Shown here: one piece after another, positions 10,654 to 19,690 of the stretch
How the letters are laid out: every line of letters starts with the position of its first letter
Numbering within the stretch: the stretch's first letter is position 1
Assembly: GCA_037447435.1 (NCBI GenBank)
Contig: JBBIGR010000003.1
Location: 1 to 64,000 of the forward strand
DNA from: Fibrobacteria bacterium
GTDB lineage: Bacteria > Fibrobacterota > Chitinivibrionia > Chitinivibrionales > FEN-1185
DNA: 64,000 nucleotides
Reading direction: 5' to 3'
The notes under the pieces: generated by a model
The model's input: the letters and a program-made list of their open reading frames with translations, nothing else
The model's database searches: none
Told to the model about the DNA's origin: nothing
Translations under genes and position numbers: made by a program

Positions 10654-10713
10654 TGTTTTTAATTTTTTGGATTTAAATTTTTACTCTTTAATTTTTAATT
10701 TTTAATTTTATTA
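10654..10713. repeat. Degenerate heptamer tandem repeat (TTTTTAA-like) between ruvA and ruvB
   Basis: About 8 units with 7-nt periodicity, including TCTTTAA TTTTTAA TTTTTAA at 10685-10705. Confidence 0.5.
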
Positions 10714-10715
10714 TA

Positions 10716-11774
10716 ATGCTTGAAAATAATAACAGTGAAAATACGGACGACAGGGTCATAAGCGGCTCTATTCGCGACGACGATGAGTCGGGTGATATTC
10801 CGCTCCGTCCTCAAACATTTGCGGATTTTATCGGTCAGGAAAAGGAAAAAGAAAATTTATCCCTTTTCCTGGAAGCGGCAAAAAGGCGAGGAGAAGCGCT
10901 CGACCATATTTTGTTTACCGGCCCGCCGGGGCTTGGTAAAACGACCTTATGCCGGATTTTAGCCAATGAACTCGGGGTGAATATTCAAACAACATCCGGC
11001 CCGGTTCTTGAAAAACCCGGCGATCTCGCGGGAAACCTGACCAATCTGGAAAATCGAGATATTCTTTTCATTGATGAAATCCATCGGTTGTCGCGCGTTG
11101 TGGAGGAGTTTTTATATCCTGCGATGGAAGATTTCGTTTTCGATATCATGCTTGGTGAAGGGCCATCTGCCCGTTCGGTACGGCTCAATCTTAAGCATTT
11201 TACTCTAATCGGAGCAACAACGCGTCAAGGCATGCTCACGGCGCCGATGTTGGGAAGATTCGGTTATGTTTGCCACCTTGGCTATTATGGCCCCAAAGAA
11301 TTGCAACGGATAGCATTGCGTTCGGCGGGCATCATGGGTATTTCATGCGATGAAGATGCCGCTTTGGAACTGGGGCGTCGTGCGCGCGGTACGCCGCGAA
11401 TAGTGAACCGGATGTTGCGCCGCTGCCGTGATGTTGCGGAGGTCAAGGGCCGGGGCAAAATAACTCTTGATGTTGTCAATAAAACACTTGCGATGCTCGG
11501 TATCGATGCGGAAGGCCTCGACGGTATCGACAGGAAAATCCTTCTCTCCATCGTCGAACATTACAACGGCGGGCCCGTGGGGCTAAATACCGTTGCCGTC
11601 GTCGTAGGAGAGGAACCCGATACCATCGAGGAAGTTTATGAACCGTTTCTTATTCAAAGCGGTTTTTTAAAACGAACGCCGCGAGGACGGGAAGTAACTG
11701 CAAAAGTTTATTCATATTTCAAACTGAGTCCCAAGAAAAACAATTCGGCTCAAGCCAGTTTGTTTCCGGACTGA
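10716..11774 (+). CDS. ruvB: Holliday junction branch migration helicase RuvB
   Basis: LRPQTF, GPPGLGKTT, FIDEIHRL, GATTR, RGTPR, RTPRGR motifs. Confidence 0.97.
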   Translation: MLENNNSENTDDRVISGSIRDDDESGDIPLRPQTFADFIGQEKEKENLSLFLEAAKRRGEALDHILFTGPPGLGKTTLCRILANELGVNIQTTSGPVLEKPGDLAGNLTNLENRDILFIDEIHRLSRVVEEFLYPAMEDFVFDIMLGEGPSARSVRLNLKHFTLIGATTRQGMLTAPMLGRFGYVCHLGYYGPKELQRIALRSAGIMGISCDEDAALELGRRARGTPRIVNRMLRRCRDVAEVKGRGKITLDVVNKTLAMLGIDAEGLDGIDRKILLSIVEHYNGGPVGLNTVAVVVGEEPDTIEEVYEPFLIQSGFLKRTPRGREVTAKVYSYFKLSPKKNNSAQASLFPD

Positions 11775-11788
11775 AAAGGAGCGTTGTC

Positions 11789-12007
11789 ATGAATTGGATC
11801 GATGTCGGCAGATTCCTCATCATAGCGGGAACGGTCATCATCGTCGTCGGCGTCGTATTTCTCTTTGCCGACAAATTCCCTATCGGACGGCTGCCGGGAG
11901 ATTTACGGTTTGGCAACGACAGATTCAAATTATATATTCCCGTTGCGACCTGCATTTTATTGAGCGTCGTTATAACCATTATCGTCAATTTCTTTTCGAA
12001 AAAATAA
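11789..12007 (+). CDS. DUF2905 family small membrane protein
   Basis: Two hydrophobic helices around GRLPGD...YIPVATCILLS; AAGGAG RBS. Confidence 0.85.
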   Translation: MNWIDVGRFLIIAGTVIIVVGVVFLFADKFPIGRLPGDLRFGNDRFKLYIPVATCILLSVVITIIVNFFSKK

Positions 12008-12009
12008 GT

Positions 12010-12291
12010 ATGCCGACCAAGCGGTTGTCAATTACAGTCACGGGCCGCGTACAAGGAGTAGGATACCGGTATTTTGTCCAGGATACCGCAAATTCCGCCG
12101 GTATATTCGGGTGGGTGAGAAATAATCCCGACAGAACCGTTGAATGCGAAGTACAGGGTGAAGACGAAGTTTTGCAGGAATTTCTTGAACGCCTGAGAAC
12201 AGGTCCCGTACTTTCCAGAGTAAAAAACGTTTTCGTTTTCGAAATGCCCGTGGACCACGCTCAAGCACATTACTTCGAAATCACCGGATAA
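12010..12291 (+). CDS. acyP: Acylphosphatase
   Basis: VTGRVQGVGYR and GWVRNNPD-x-TVE motifs. Start placed at ATG 12010. Confidence 0.92.
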   Translation: MPTKRLSITVTGRVQGVGYRYFVQDTANSAGIFGWVRNNPDRTVECEVQGEDEVLQEFLERLRTGPVLSRVKNVFVFEMPVDHAQAHYFEITG

Positions 12292-12293
12292 TT

Positions 12294-12476
12294 TTATTTG
12301 TGCACCAACCTCTCCATTTCCTCCGCAATGTTTTTTCTATGCCATTTTTCTATCAGTTCCTTTTCCAGCGTTTCAACATAGTCATCGTCCGGATAATGCC
12401 GCTGGTTTTCAGGGAGAGAGTAGGAATCTTCCAGGCGTCTCCGTTCGCTTGGTAACTCTTTCAGGGTGATCATCAT
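12294..12476 (-). CDS. Small charged hypothetical protein (60 aa)
   Basis: Strong AAAGGGGGA RBS just upstream; coherent helical-looking sequence. Confidence 0.55.
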   Translation of the reverse strand: MMITLKELPSERRRLEDSYSLPENQRHYPDDDYVETLEKELIEKWHRKNIAEEMERLVHK

Positions 12477-12643
12477 AATGTCCCCCTTTGTTAAGCGTTA
12501 AACCTGCGAAACTTACACCTCATTGATGTTTTGTTTCTATTCTATGGTATTACGTTTAATAAGGAAAAATGTTGGAAAAACAGTTGGTTTTTCTCTTAAA
12601 AAAAATATGTTCAGCGGCCTAAATTATTTTATCTTTTAACTTT

Positions 12644-12717
12644 GCCCCAGTAGCTCAGTTGGATAGAGCACCGGTTTCCTAAACCGGTTGTCATTGGTTC
12701 AATTCCGATCTGGGGTA
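12644..12717 (+). tRNA. tRNA-Arg (anticodon CCT)
   Basis: Acceptor stem GCCCCAG/CTGGGGT, D-arm GCTC...GAGC, anticodon arm CCGGT-TTCCTAA-ACCGG, T-loop TTCAATT. CCA is not encoded. Confidence 0.95.
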
Positions 12718-12722
12718 TTTTT

Positions 12723-12769
12723 AAAAAGCCCCGAATTCCTGCTTTACATTACAGGATTTGGGGCTTTTT
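12723..12769 (+). terminator. Intrinsic terminator after the tRNA
   Basis: AAAAAGCCCC...GGGGCTTTTT hairpin. Confidence 0.75.
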
Positions 12770-13099
12770 GAACAATCTGGGCTAAATGTTTATATAAAAA
12801 TGAAAAGAATGAAAAAAATAGAACAACATTTTGGTGGAAAATGCGTATATTGAGGTAATGTGATTTCTACAAGAAAATTATTAAATTTTTAAAAACAATT
12901 CAACAAAAATATTGCCTTTTTTATAAAAGTGTTTAAATTTCCTAACGTTTTATTTTCCATGATGTTACTGGTTTGCTATTTCAATATAAATTGTTGATAT
13001 AAATCTAAATATTAGAAAACTTAGTGACTTTTTAGGCTTTTGGGGATATAATATTAAAAAAACAAGTCATATCGCCAAATAAGGCCTGAGGAGAAACCC

Positions 13100-13939
13100 A
13101 TGAAGGTATCAGCCTTCGGATACACCGATTACCGTAAATTCCTCATTGATAAGTTTGAAGCTAAAAAAAATGAGGATTCCAGCTTCAATTATTTTTATAT
13201 CTGTAAAGAAACGGATATAAAATCTCCGGGACATTTATCGCTCATCCTTCATGGAAAAGTAAACGTCTCCGATGAAATGGCGCAAAAGTTCGCGCAACTC
13301 TGCAATTTGAAAACCCGGGAAACCAAGTATTTTCTTACCCTCGTTCAATTTAATCAAGAAAAGAAAAATGCCCGAAAAAAGGAATTGTTCGATGAAATAA
13401 TTTCCTTTCGTGAGTCATGCATTTACCGGGTTGGTCCGCACCTTTACAAATTCTATGATCGATGGTACCATTCGGTTATACGTGCAATTGTCGATTTTGT
13501 CGATATAACCGACAATTACGACGATTTGGCCAAGATGGTAGTGCCGATAATTCGGCCCGACCAGGCCAAGACTTCATGTGCATTACTTGAAACATTGGAG
13601 CTGATTAAGCGAAACGATCAAGGATTTTGGCGGCCAACGCAAAAAAGCCTCGATTCGGGAAGTGCGGTAACCTCCATTACTATCAATAATTTTGTTTTGT
13701 CAATGATCGACCTGGCGAGAGAGGCCATGGATCGTTTCCCGAGAGAAGAAAGGATTTTTTCGAGCGTGACCCTCGGCGTGAACGAAGAAGGATACGAAGA
13801 AATCGTGACCGAATTGCGGGAATTCCGTCGGAAAGCCGCGGAAATAGCGCAAAAGCATCCTGCTGAAAAAGTCGTACAGGTAAATTTTCAGGTGTTTCCG
13901 GTCAGCCGGGTAAAAGGGGCTCGAGGCGAAGATGCGTAA
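13100..13939 (+). CDS. TIGR02147 / DUF4423 family putative DNA-binding protein
   Basis: F-x-YTDYRKFL N-terminus, HTH-like SPGHLSLILHGK, E-x-x-YF-x-x-LVQFNQ, FY-x-x-WYHSVIR, C-terminal VQVNFQVFPVS; GAGGAG RBS. Confidence 0.85.
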   Translation: MKVSAFGYTDYRKFLIDKFEAKKNEDSSFNYFYICKETDIKSPGHLSLILHGKVNVSDEMAQKFAQLCNLKTRETKYFLTLVQFNQEKKNARKKELFDEIISFRESCIYRVGPHLYKFYDRWYHSVIRAIVDFVDITDNYDDLAKMVVPIIRPDQAKTSCALLETLELIKRNDQGFWRPTQKSLDSGSAVTSITINNFVLSMIDLAREAMDRFPREERIFSSVTLGVNEEGYEEIVTELREFRRKAAEIAQKHPAEKVVQVNFQVFPVSRVKGARGEDA

Positions 13940-15554
13940 ATTATCCTCAATTTTTATATGTCTGGCAATTTGCACGATGTCATTGTACGTGAGCTGCACC
14001 TCTTTAGCCGGAACGTCCTCTGGCACCGAAGCAAAAATGGCCGGAGTTATTGTCGATGATAAAGGTGCTCCCGCCCCACATTCAATTGTAAGATTAGTGC
14101 TCGATTCGTTTGATCCGGTCAACGGCATACAAAACGATACATTGCTCGATACAACCGACGAACAAGGCGCTTATTCCATACCCGATGTTGATGCGGGTAC
14201 GTATAATGTCGAAATTGTAAATCCGACAACCGGTGCAAACGGCTTGGTAAGAAACGTTGTCGTCGATAAAAAGGATGTTATGCTTCCGCAGGCCGTAATT
14301 ACAAAACCGGGCACGGTCCGGGTATCTATTCTTACTGCAGTGGATACGGCTAACGGATACTTCTTTATTAAAGGTACAAATATTGCCAAGCGGATTCATG
14401 ATCCCAATGTTGTCTTTATCGATTCGGTACCTGCAGGAACAATGCCCGCATTGTTTTACACGCTTCGGAAAAGTGAATCCGATCCTATAAGTGTTTGTCC
14501 AAGCTTTGAGGTAAAATCTCAGGATACGGCGCTTATTTTATTCGGCGGCTGGACTTTTACCCGTAAAATCACTTTAAACACATCCGCAACCGGAGCCGAT
14601 GTTGTCGAAAATTTTACAAAATTTCCGGTACTTGTCAGATTAAACAGTACGAATTTCGATTTCAGTCAGGCCTCAAAGAACGGCGCGGATATCCTATTTA
14701 CCGGAAAAAATGACAGGCGTCTTCCTTTTGAAATCGAACGTTGGGACAGTGCTGCCGGGCTTGCTGAGATTTGGGTGAATGTCGACACGGTTTTCGGCAA
14801 TAATGCAACCCAGTTTATCAATATGTTTTGGGGAAACCCTCGGGCAGTATCGGCATCGAACAGCGAAACGGTTTTCGATACGGCCAATAATTATTTGGCA
14901 GTATGGCATTTCAATCAAGCCGCAACAGATACGGTAAAAGATGCGACTGCGGACCATTATTCGGGAATTCCTCATGCCGTCTCGGCTGCATCCGAAAGTC
15001 AATCGCTCATCGGCCAGGCAAAAAGGTTCGACGGTGTTTCAAGTTATATCGCTATGCCCGGTACTGCCAATAGCAGATTGAATTTGCCGGAAAAAGGAAT
15101 TTATTCGATTTCCGCGTGGGTAAATATGGACACCTTGGATGGACAAATGCATATTCTGGCTTCCAAGGGAAATAACCAATTCAACCTTCAGGTGATGTAT
15201 AGTTACAATACGTGGGAATTCGCGGAATGCATGGCCGCAGGCGGCTATACTATGGTTAGTTCCCCGGCCTCAACGCATGTATGGGCTCTTGTTATGGGCG
15301 TGCGGAATGGGGATAAACAATACATTTATGTAAACGGCATTTGTACCGATAGTACCATTACCACTGGAAATCCTACGTTTATCCGCTCTACCGGGGATGA
15401 TTTTACTATAGGGAAAAGAACGGATGCGTTGGATTCTTATTTCAAAGGGCAAATGGATGAAGTCAGAGTATCGAATTGCGCGTATGCGCCGGGATATGCG
15501 AAGCTTTGCTATATGAATCAAAAAAAACCGGATGCTTTGGTTCAATTTAAATAA
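13932..15554 (+). CDS. Lipoprotein with carboxypeptidase-regulatory-like, DUF2341 and LamG domains
   Basis: Lipobox-like LYVS-C22; TTDEQGAYSI; FPVLVRL...GADILFT...LPFEIERWD...AEIWV (DUF2341); AVWHF...FDG...YVNG...FKGQMDEVRVS (LamG). Confidence 0.85.
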   Translation: MRKLSSIFICLAICTMSLYVSCTSLAGTSSGTEAKMAGVIVDDKGAPAPHSIVRLVLDSFDPVNGIQNDTLLDTTDEQGAYSIPDVDAGTYNVEIVNPTTGANGLVRNVVVDKKDVMLPQAVITKPGTVRVSILTAVDTANGYFFIKGTNIAKRIHDPNVVFIDSVPAGTMPALFYTLRKSESDPISVCPSFEVKSQDTALILFGGWTFTRKITLNTSATGADVVENFTKFPVLVRLNSTNFDFSQASKNGADILFTGKNDRRLPFEIERWDSAAGLAEIWVNVDTVFGNNATQFINMFWGNPRAVSASNSETVFDTANNYLAVWHFNQAATDTVKDATADHYSGIPHAVSAASESQSLIGQAKRFDGVSSYIAMPGTANSRLNLPEKGIYSISAWVNMDTLDGQMHILASKGNNQFNLQVMYSYNTWEFAECMAAGGYTMVSSPASTHVWALVMGVRNGDKQYIYVNGICTDSTITTGNPTFIRSTGDDFTIGKRTDALDSYFKGQMDEVRVSNCAYAPGYAKLCYMNQKKPDALVQFK

Positions 15555-15670
15555 TATTAATTGCTTTAATTCACCTCAAAAATTCTGCACGAAAATAACC
15601 AAAAGAGTCCCGTTGGTTTCACTTCCTATTATTTTTAATTTAAAATTATTTTAAAATTATAAATTAATAT

Positions 15671-15695
15671 TAACATATTAAATATTAATATGTTA
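15671..15695. promoter_or_regulatory. Perfect 10-bp inverted repeat, possible operator
   Basis: TAACATATTA-N5-TAATATGTTA in the AT-rich intergenic region. Confidence 0.3.
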
Positions 15696-15912
15696 CAGTT
15701 AATTACTGCGGTAAAAAAATATAAATATTGTAAAATATTTTAAAAAAATATGCACTTTTTTTATGTTTTCCGTATATTTTTAAGATTAAGATTTTTGATA
15801 CCATAAGGGGTCACAGTAATCTTAATTGGTGCCAAGAAACGTATTGCAACAAGAAAAATAAATTCGAATTTATAGTGAATTGAAAACGCTTCATTTTATG
15901 AGGGGACAAAAA

Positions 15913-16143
15913 ATGCAGTATTTCTTTTCGTTTACACCCGATACTAGTTTGGGGTTTTGGAAAGCCTATGATGTTGAAATAAGCCCATGGTCCAAAAAGG
16001 GAAGAGCCGATCTGACTGTTATTCAATCCAAAAGGCTGGAAGGCAAGTCGATCTTCATGATAGACGGGTATCTTTGCGACCATTCCATGAGCTATACGGG
16101 CGAAAGCAACAATGGAAATCTTAGCTTAATTAATCGGTCATAA
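15913..16143 (+). CDS. Small hypothetical protein (76 aa)
   Basis: ATG 15913 preceded by GAGGGG at 15900-15905. No family recognised. Confidence 0.45.
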   Translation: MQYFFSFTPDTSLGFWKAYDVEISPWSKKGRADLTVIQSKRLEGKSIFMIDGYLCDHSMSYTGESNNGNLSLINRS

Positions 16144-16280
16144 TTTTGGACATTCCCGTATTTAAATCCGCTCATTTTTCATGTGGTTCCGCTTTAGCTC
16201 GGTCTTTCTTGCAATTAAAGTGACAAAGCCTGTATTTTATAGCCACTATTACGATCCATCAGTACTTAAAAGGGGGCATT

Positions 16281-18689
16281 ATGATTCGAAAGTTGTTACT
16301 TGTTTCTTTACTCGCATTTATAACCTTTTCCGCAAATGCCGCAGTGACCGGGCGTGTCGTTGACGAGAAAGGACAGCCTGTTTTTGATGCGATGATAAAC
16401 TATTCCAATATCGCAAACCGTCTCATGTATGTCTATACGAATGCAAACGGCGAATTCTCAATTCCCGCGCCAACCGAATGGTCGCTGAACGATTTGCCGA
16501 TGTATAAAATGCAAAATGCAACAGGGACCGTCGGCGGGAATTCATTTGTCAACAACAGAACCAACGCCGGGACAATGATTTGGCAAAAAGGCAACATTGT
16601 CTATTTCTCAATTAAAAACAATGCTCAGCGCATCGTTGCCGACCTTTTTGACTGCGAAGGGAAAAAGGTGGCGCAACTAGTCAATAAAGAATTTAATAAG
16701 GGCGTCGTTTCGATAAACGCAATGGCGCATCCCCTCTTTCGGGCGCATCAGGTTTATTTTGTGAGAATTAACAACGGCAAAGATATTGTATCGTTCAAAA
16801 TGTGCTCTGCCGGGGCGACTCTGATTTCCTCTCTTGTAAAACCGGACGTGGTCTCCGTCGAACAGGACCGGTCTCTTGCAAAACAGGCCGCAATCGATGG
16901 TTTGCGTGCGGGTAAAACAGGGTATCAGCCGGCAACCGTGCAGTTGACTACGTATTCGGACAAAGTTGGCGACCTTAAAATTACGAGCATCAATATCGAT
17001 TCGATAGCCGGCGCCATTCTTGCATCAATGAGTTTAGACCAGAAACTCGGTCAGCTCTGTCAATGTTCCGATGCCTCGTATTTCACGTCAAATTTTGCAG
17101 GGTCTTTTTTGAAAGGCTCATCCCGTTCTGCGATGCAAACAATGCAGAACACGGCGATGTCGACCGGAGCGAAAGTGCCCCTGACCATTGGGTCCGACTT
17201 TTTGCATGGCGGCAATCCCGTCTATTTGCCGCATAATATCGGCATCGGCGCTTCGGGCAACCCCTTACTCTGCGAAATGGCGTTCCGTATGACCGCCATG
17301 TATTGCAAAATCGGAAACAACGTCGATTTCTCGCCGACATTGGATGTTCCCCGCAACGACAAATACGGTCGCGTTTACGAAGGGTTTTCAGAAAATGTCG
17401 ACGACACGAAAATCATGGCGCGCGCCGCGGTTCGCGGATTGCAGGGTACGGATTTGTCTTCCGATTATACGATGATCGCGACTATCAAGCATTACGCAGG
17501 TGCGGGCGGCACAGCCGGCGGCGACATGATGGGTACGACGAATACCGGCGACTGGGCAACACTTTGTAAAATTCACCTTCCGCAATTTCATGCCGCGGTG
17601 GATGCCGGAGCCGCGTCGGTCATGACTGCGTACAATAATTTTATAACATCGCCTACCAGCACCACGCCGCTCAGCATGACGGCGCATAAAATCCTGATTA
17701 CCGATACTTTGAAAAACGGTTGGAAATTCGACGGCTTTACGATATCCGATTGGATGCAGGTTTATGTGCCCGGCACACTCGACCGAATCGCTTCGGGATT
17801 TAATGCCGGGCTCGATGTTTCGATGCAACCGTCCAATACGGCCGAATTTTTTTCCGCTCTTAAGACTCTTGTCAATAATAATACGATCCTCATAGACCGG
17901 GTGAACGATGCGGTAAAGCGCCATTTGCGCGTGAAATTGCGTATGAATCTTTTTGCCAATCCGCTCAGCCGCTCGGATTTGGCCTCGGTAACCAATACCG
18001 TTGAATACCGTAACTTGGCGCGTGCATGCGTTCGTCAATCGCTTGTCCTGTTAAAAAACGATACGAAAGTATTGCCACTCAGTAAGACCGCAAAAATTGC
18101 GGTTGTTGGCGTATGGGCGGACAATATCGGTTCGCAATGCGGCGGTTGGTCGGAAACCGGCGGAGATTCTTGGCAGGGTTCCATGACTAACGCCCATCCG
18201 TTGACCGGTGCGACTACCATTTATCAGGCGTTGCAAGCAGTGGGTGGAAATAATGTAACGTATTCTGCCGATGCCTCGGGCATAAATTCCAATGCCGATG
18301 TGGTGGTTGTGGTTGTCGGAGAAGTTCCCTATGCCGAAGGAGCCGGATTCCGCGCCGATGTTACTCTTCCTGCGGATCAGGTCAATCTCGTCCAGGCATG
18401 TAAAGCAAAAGGCAAGCCTGTCGTAACCATACTTATTACCGGACGTCCTAACGTGTTAAGCACCATTCCCGACAATTCCACGGCGCTTGTTGCAGCTTGG
18501 CTACCCGGAACGGAAGGAAACGGCGTTGCCGACGTATTATTCGGTGATTACGATTTCGTCGGCAAACTACGCTATACATGGCCTGCAAATAACAATCAGG
18601 AACCGATCAATACCGGCACCATGGGAGATGCTGTCGGTAGCGGCGGCACACCTCTTTTTGCCTATGGTTTCGGTTTGACGTATAAGTAA
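16281..18689 (+). CDS. Secreted GH3 beta-glucosidase/exo-glucanase with N-terminal accessory domains
   Basis: Signal peptide; GR-x-YEGFSE, IKHY, TISDW (nucleophile), SLVLLKN, YAEG, AAWLPGTEG, PLFAYGFGLTY. Confidence 0.92.
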   Translation: MIRKLLLVSLLAFITFSANAAVTGRVVDEKGQPVFDAMINYSNIANRLMYVYTNANGEFSIPAPTEWSLNDLPMYKMQNATGTVGGNSFVNNRTNAGTMIWQKGNIVYFSIKNNAQRIVADLFDCEGKKVAQLVNKEFNKGVVSINAMAHPLFRAHQVYFVRINNGKDIVSFKMCSAGATLISSLVKPDVVSVEQDRSLAKQAAIDGLRAGKTGYQPATVQLTTYSDKVGDLKITSINIDSIAGAILASMSLDQKLGQLCQCSDASYFTSNFAGSFLKGSSRSAMQTMQNTAMSTGAKVPLTIGSDFLHGGNPVYLPHNIGIGASGNPLLCEMAFRMTAMYCKIGNNVDFSPTLDVPRNDKYGRVYEGFSENVDDTKIMARAAVRGLQGTDLSSDYTMIATIKHYAGAGGTAGGDMMGTTNTGDWATLCKIHLPQFHAAVDAGAASVMTAYNNFITSPTSTTPLSMTAHKILITDTLKNGWKFDGFTISDWMQVYVPGTLDRIASGFNAGLDVSMQPSNTAEFFSALKTLVNNNTILIDRVNDAVKRHLRVKLRMNLFANPLSRSDLASVTNTVEYRNLARACVRQSLVLLKNDTKVLPLSKTAKIAVVGVWADNIGSQCGGWSETGGDSWQGSMTNAHPLTGATTIYQALQAVGGNNVTYSADASGINSNADVVVVVVGEVPYAEGAGFRADVTLPADQVNLVQACKAKGKPVVTILITGRPNVLSTIPDNSTALVAAWLPGTEGNGVADVLFGDYDFVGKLRYTWPANNNQEPINTGTMGDAVGSGGTPLFAYGFGLTYK

Positions 18690-18707
18690 TTGAGGTATCC
18701 GGGAAAC

Positions 18708-18733
18708 AAGGCAGGCGCAGCGCTTGCCTTTTC
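18708..18733. terminator. Hairpin between convergent GH3 and rhomboid genes
   Basis: AAGGCAGGCG-CAG-CGCTTGCCTT followed by TT. Confidence 0.55.
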
Positions 18734-19486
18734 CTATCGCCACGATTTCCAAACCCTTCGCTGCAAGCGCTTTTCACGGACGCGGTCCATTCGGCGGAAA
18801 AAGAAAATCAAGACCACGCCGGCGATAAATCCTCCGACATGAGCACCCACCGCGACTCCGCTGCTGTGGGATCCGAATGAGGGTACAATCCCTGCAAGTT
18901 GGATAAGAAACCAATATCCAAGCATGAAAAAAGCAGGAACAACAATACGGGTAACAAAAAAGCCTAAAAAAACAAGCATGTGAACAGGTGCTCGCGGGTA
19001 TAAAACGACATACGCGCCCATGACTCCGCCAATCGCACCCGAAGCACCGACCATAGGGACCGTGCTTGTCGGGTCCAATGCCATTTGAGTTGCTGCTGCG
19101 GCAAGTCCGCACAGTAAATAAAAAAATATAAATCTGATTGATCCCATCGAATCTTCGACATTGTCGCCGAAAATTGCCAAAAACCACATGTTGCCGACGA
19201 TATGAAGCCATCCGCCATGCATAAACATATGGGAAATAAGGGAAAACCAATTACTTGAGTTTTCAACTATATAGGCAATTCCGCCGCCCAAATTAACTTC
19301 GGTTCCGGGTGGAACCGTGCCTAAGAGTTCTCCGGGTATTAGGCCGAATGAACAAAGCGATTTAATAAGGTTCGGGTTAAAGCCGGCGCCTTGAATAAAA
19401 ATCCAGACCAAAATATTGATGGTTATTATTAGAAAGGTTGCAATCGAAGTATGCAAAGTCGGATTTTCATCGCGCAATGGAAACAT
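18734..19486 (-). CDS. Rhomboid intramembrane serine protease
   Basis: MFMHGGWLHIVGNM, VGASGA (Ser) and AHVGGF (His) motifs. Confidence 0.95.
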   Translation of the reverse strand: MFPLRDENPTLHTSIATFLIITINILVWIFIQGAGFNPNLIKSLCSFGLIPGELLGTVPPGTEVNLGGGIAYIVENSSNWFSLISHMFMHGGWLHIVGNMWFLAIFGDNVEDSMGSIRFIFFYLLCGLAAAATQMALDPTSTVPMVGASGAIGGVMGAYVVLYPRAPVHMLVFLGFFVTRIVVPAFFMLGYWFLIQLAGIVPSFGSHSSGVAVGAHVGGFIAGVVLIFFFRRMDRVREKRLQRRVWKSWR

Positions 19487-19690
19487 ATGTTCTATCTTTC
19501 AATTAATCCTAATGTATATAAATAGCGTGGGATTCACTATCAAAATAATTGAAAAACCCCCAAACCATTAATCAGGCAACGTATTAGGAATCATACGGGT
19601 TTTCCATTCTATTTAAATTAAACCCAATGTATATTTCTATCTCTGATTTTCCAAAGGTATAAAAATCATCTGTAAAGTGATTGTGTTAGT

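Noticed and set aside
11794..12009. Long N-terminal extension on acylphosphatase
   Set aside because: It is an alternate frame across the DUF2905 gene; the real start is ATG 12010.
12644..19600. Prophage or integrative element at tRNA-Arg
   Set aside because: No integrase, phage genes or att repeat was seen.
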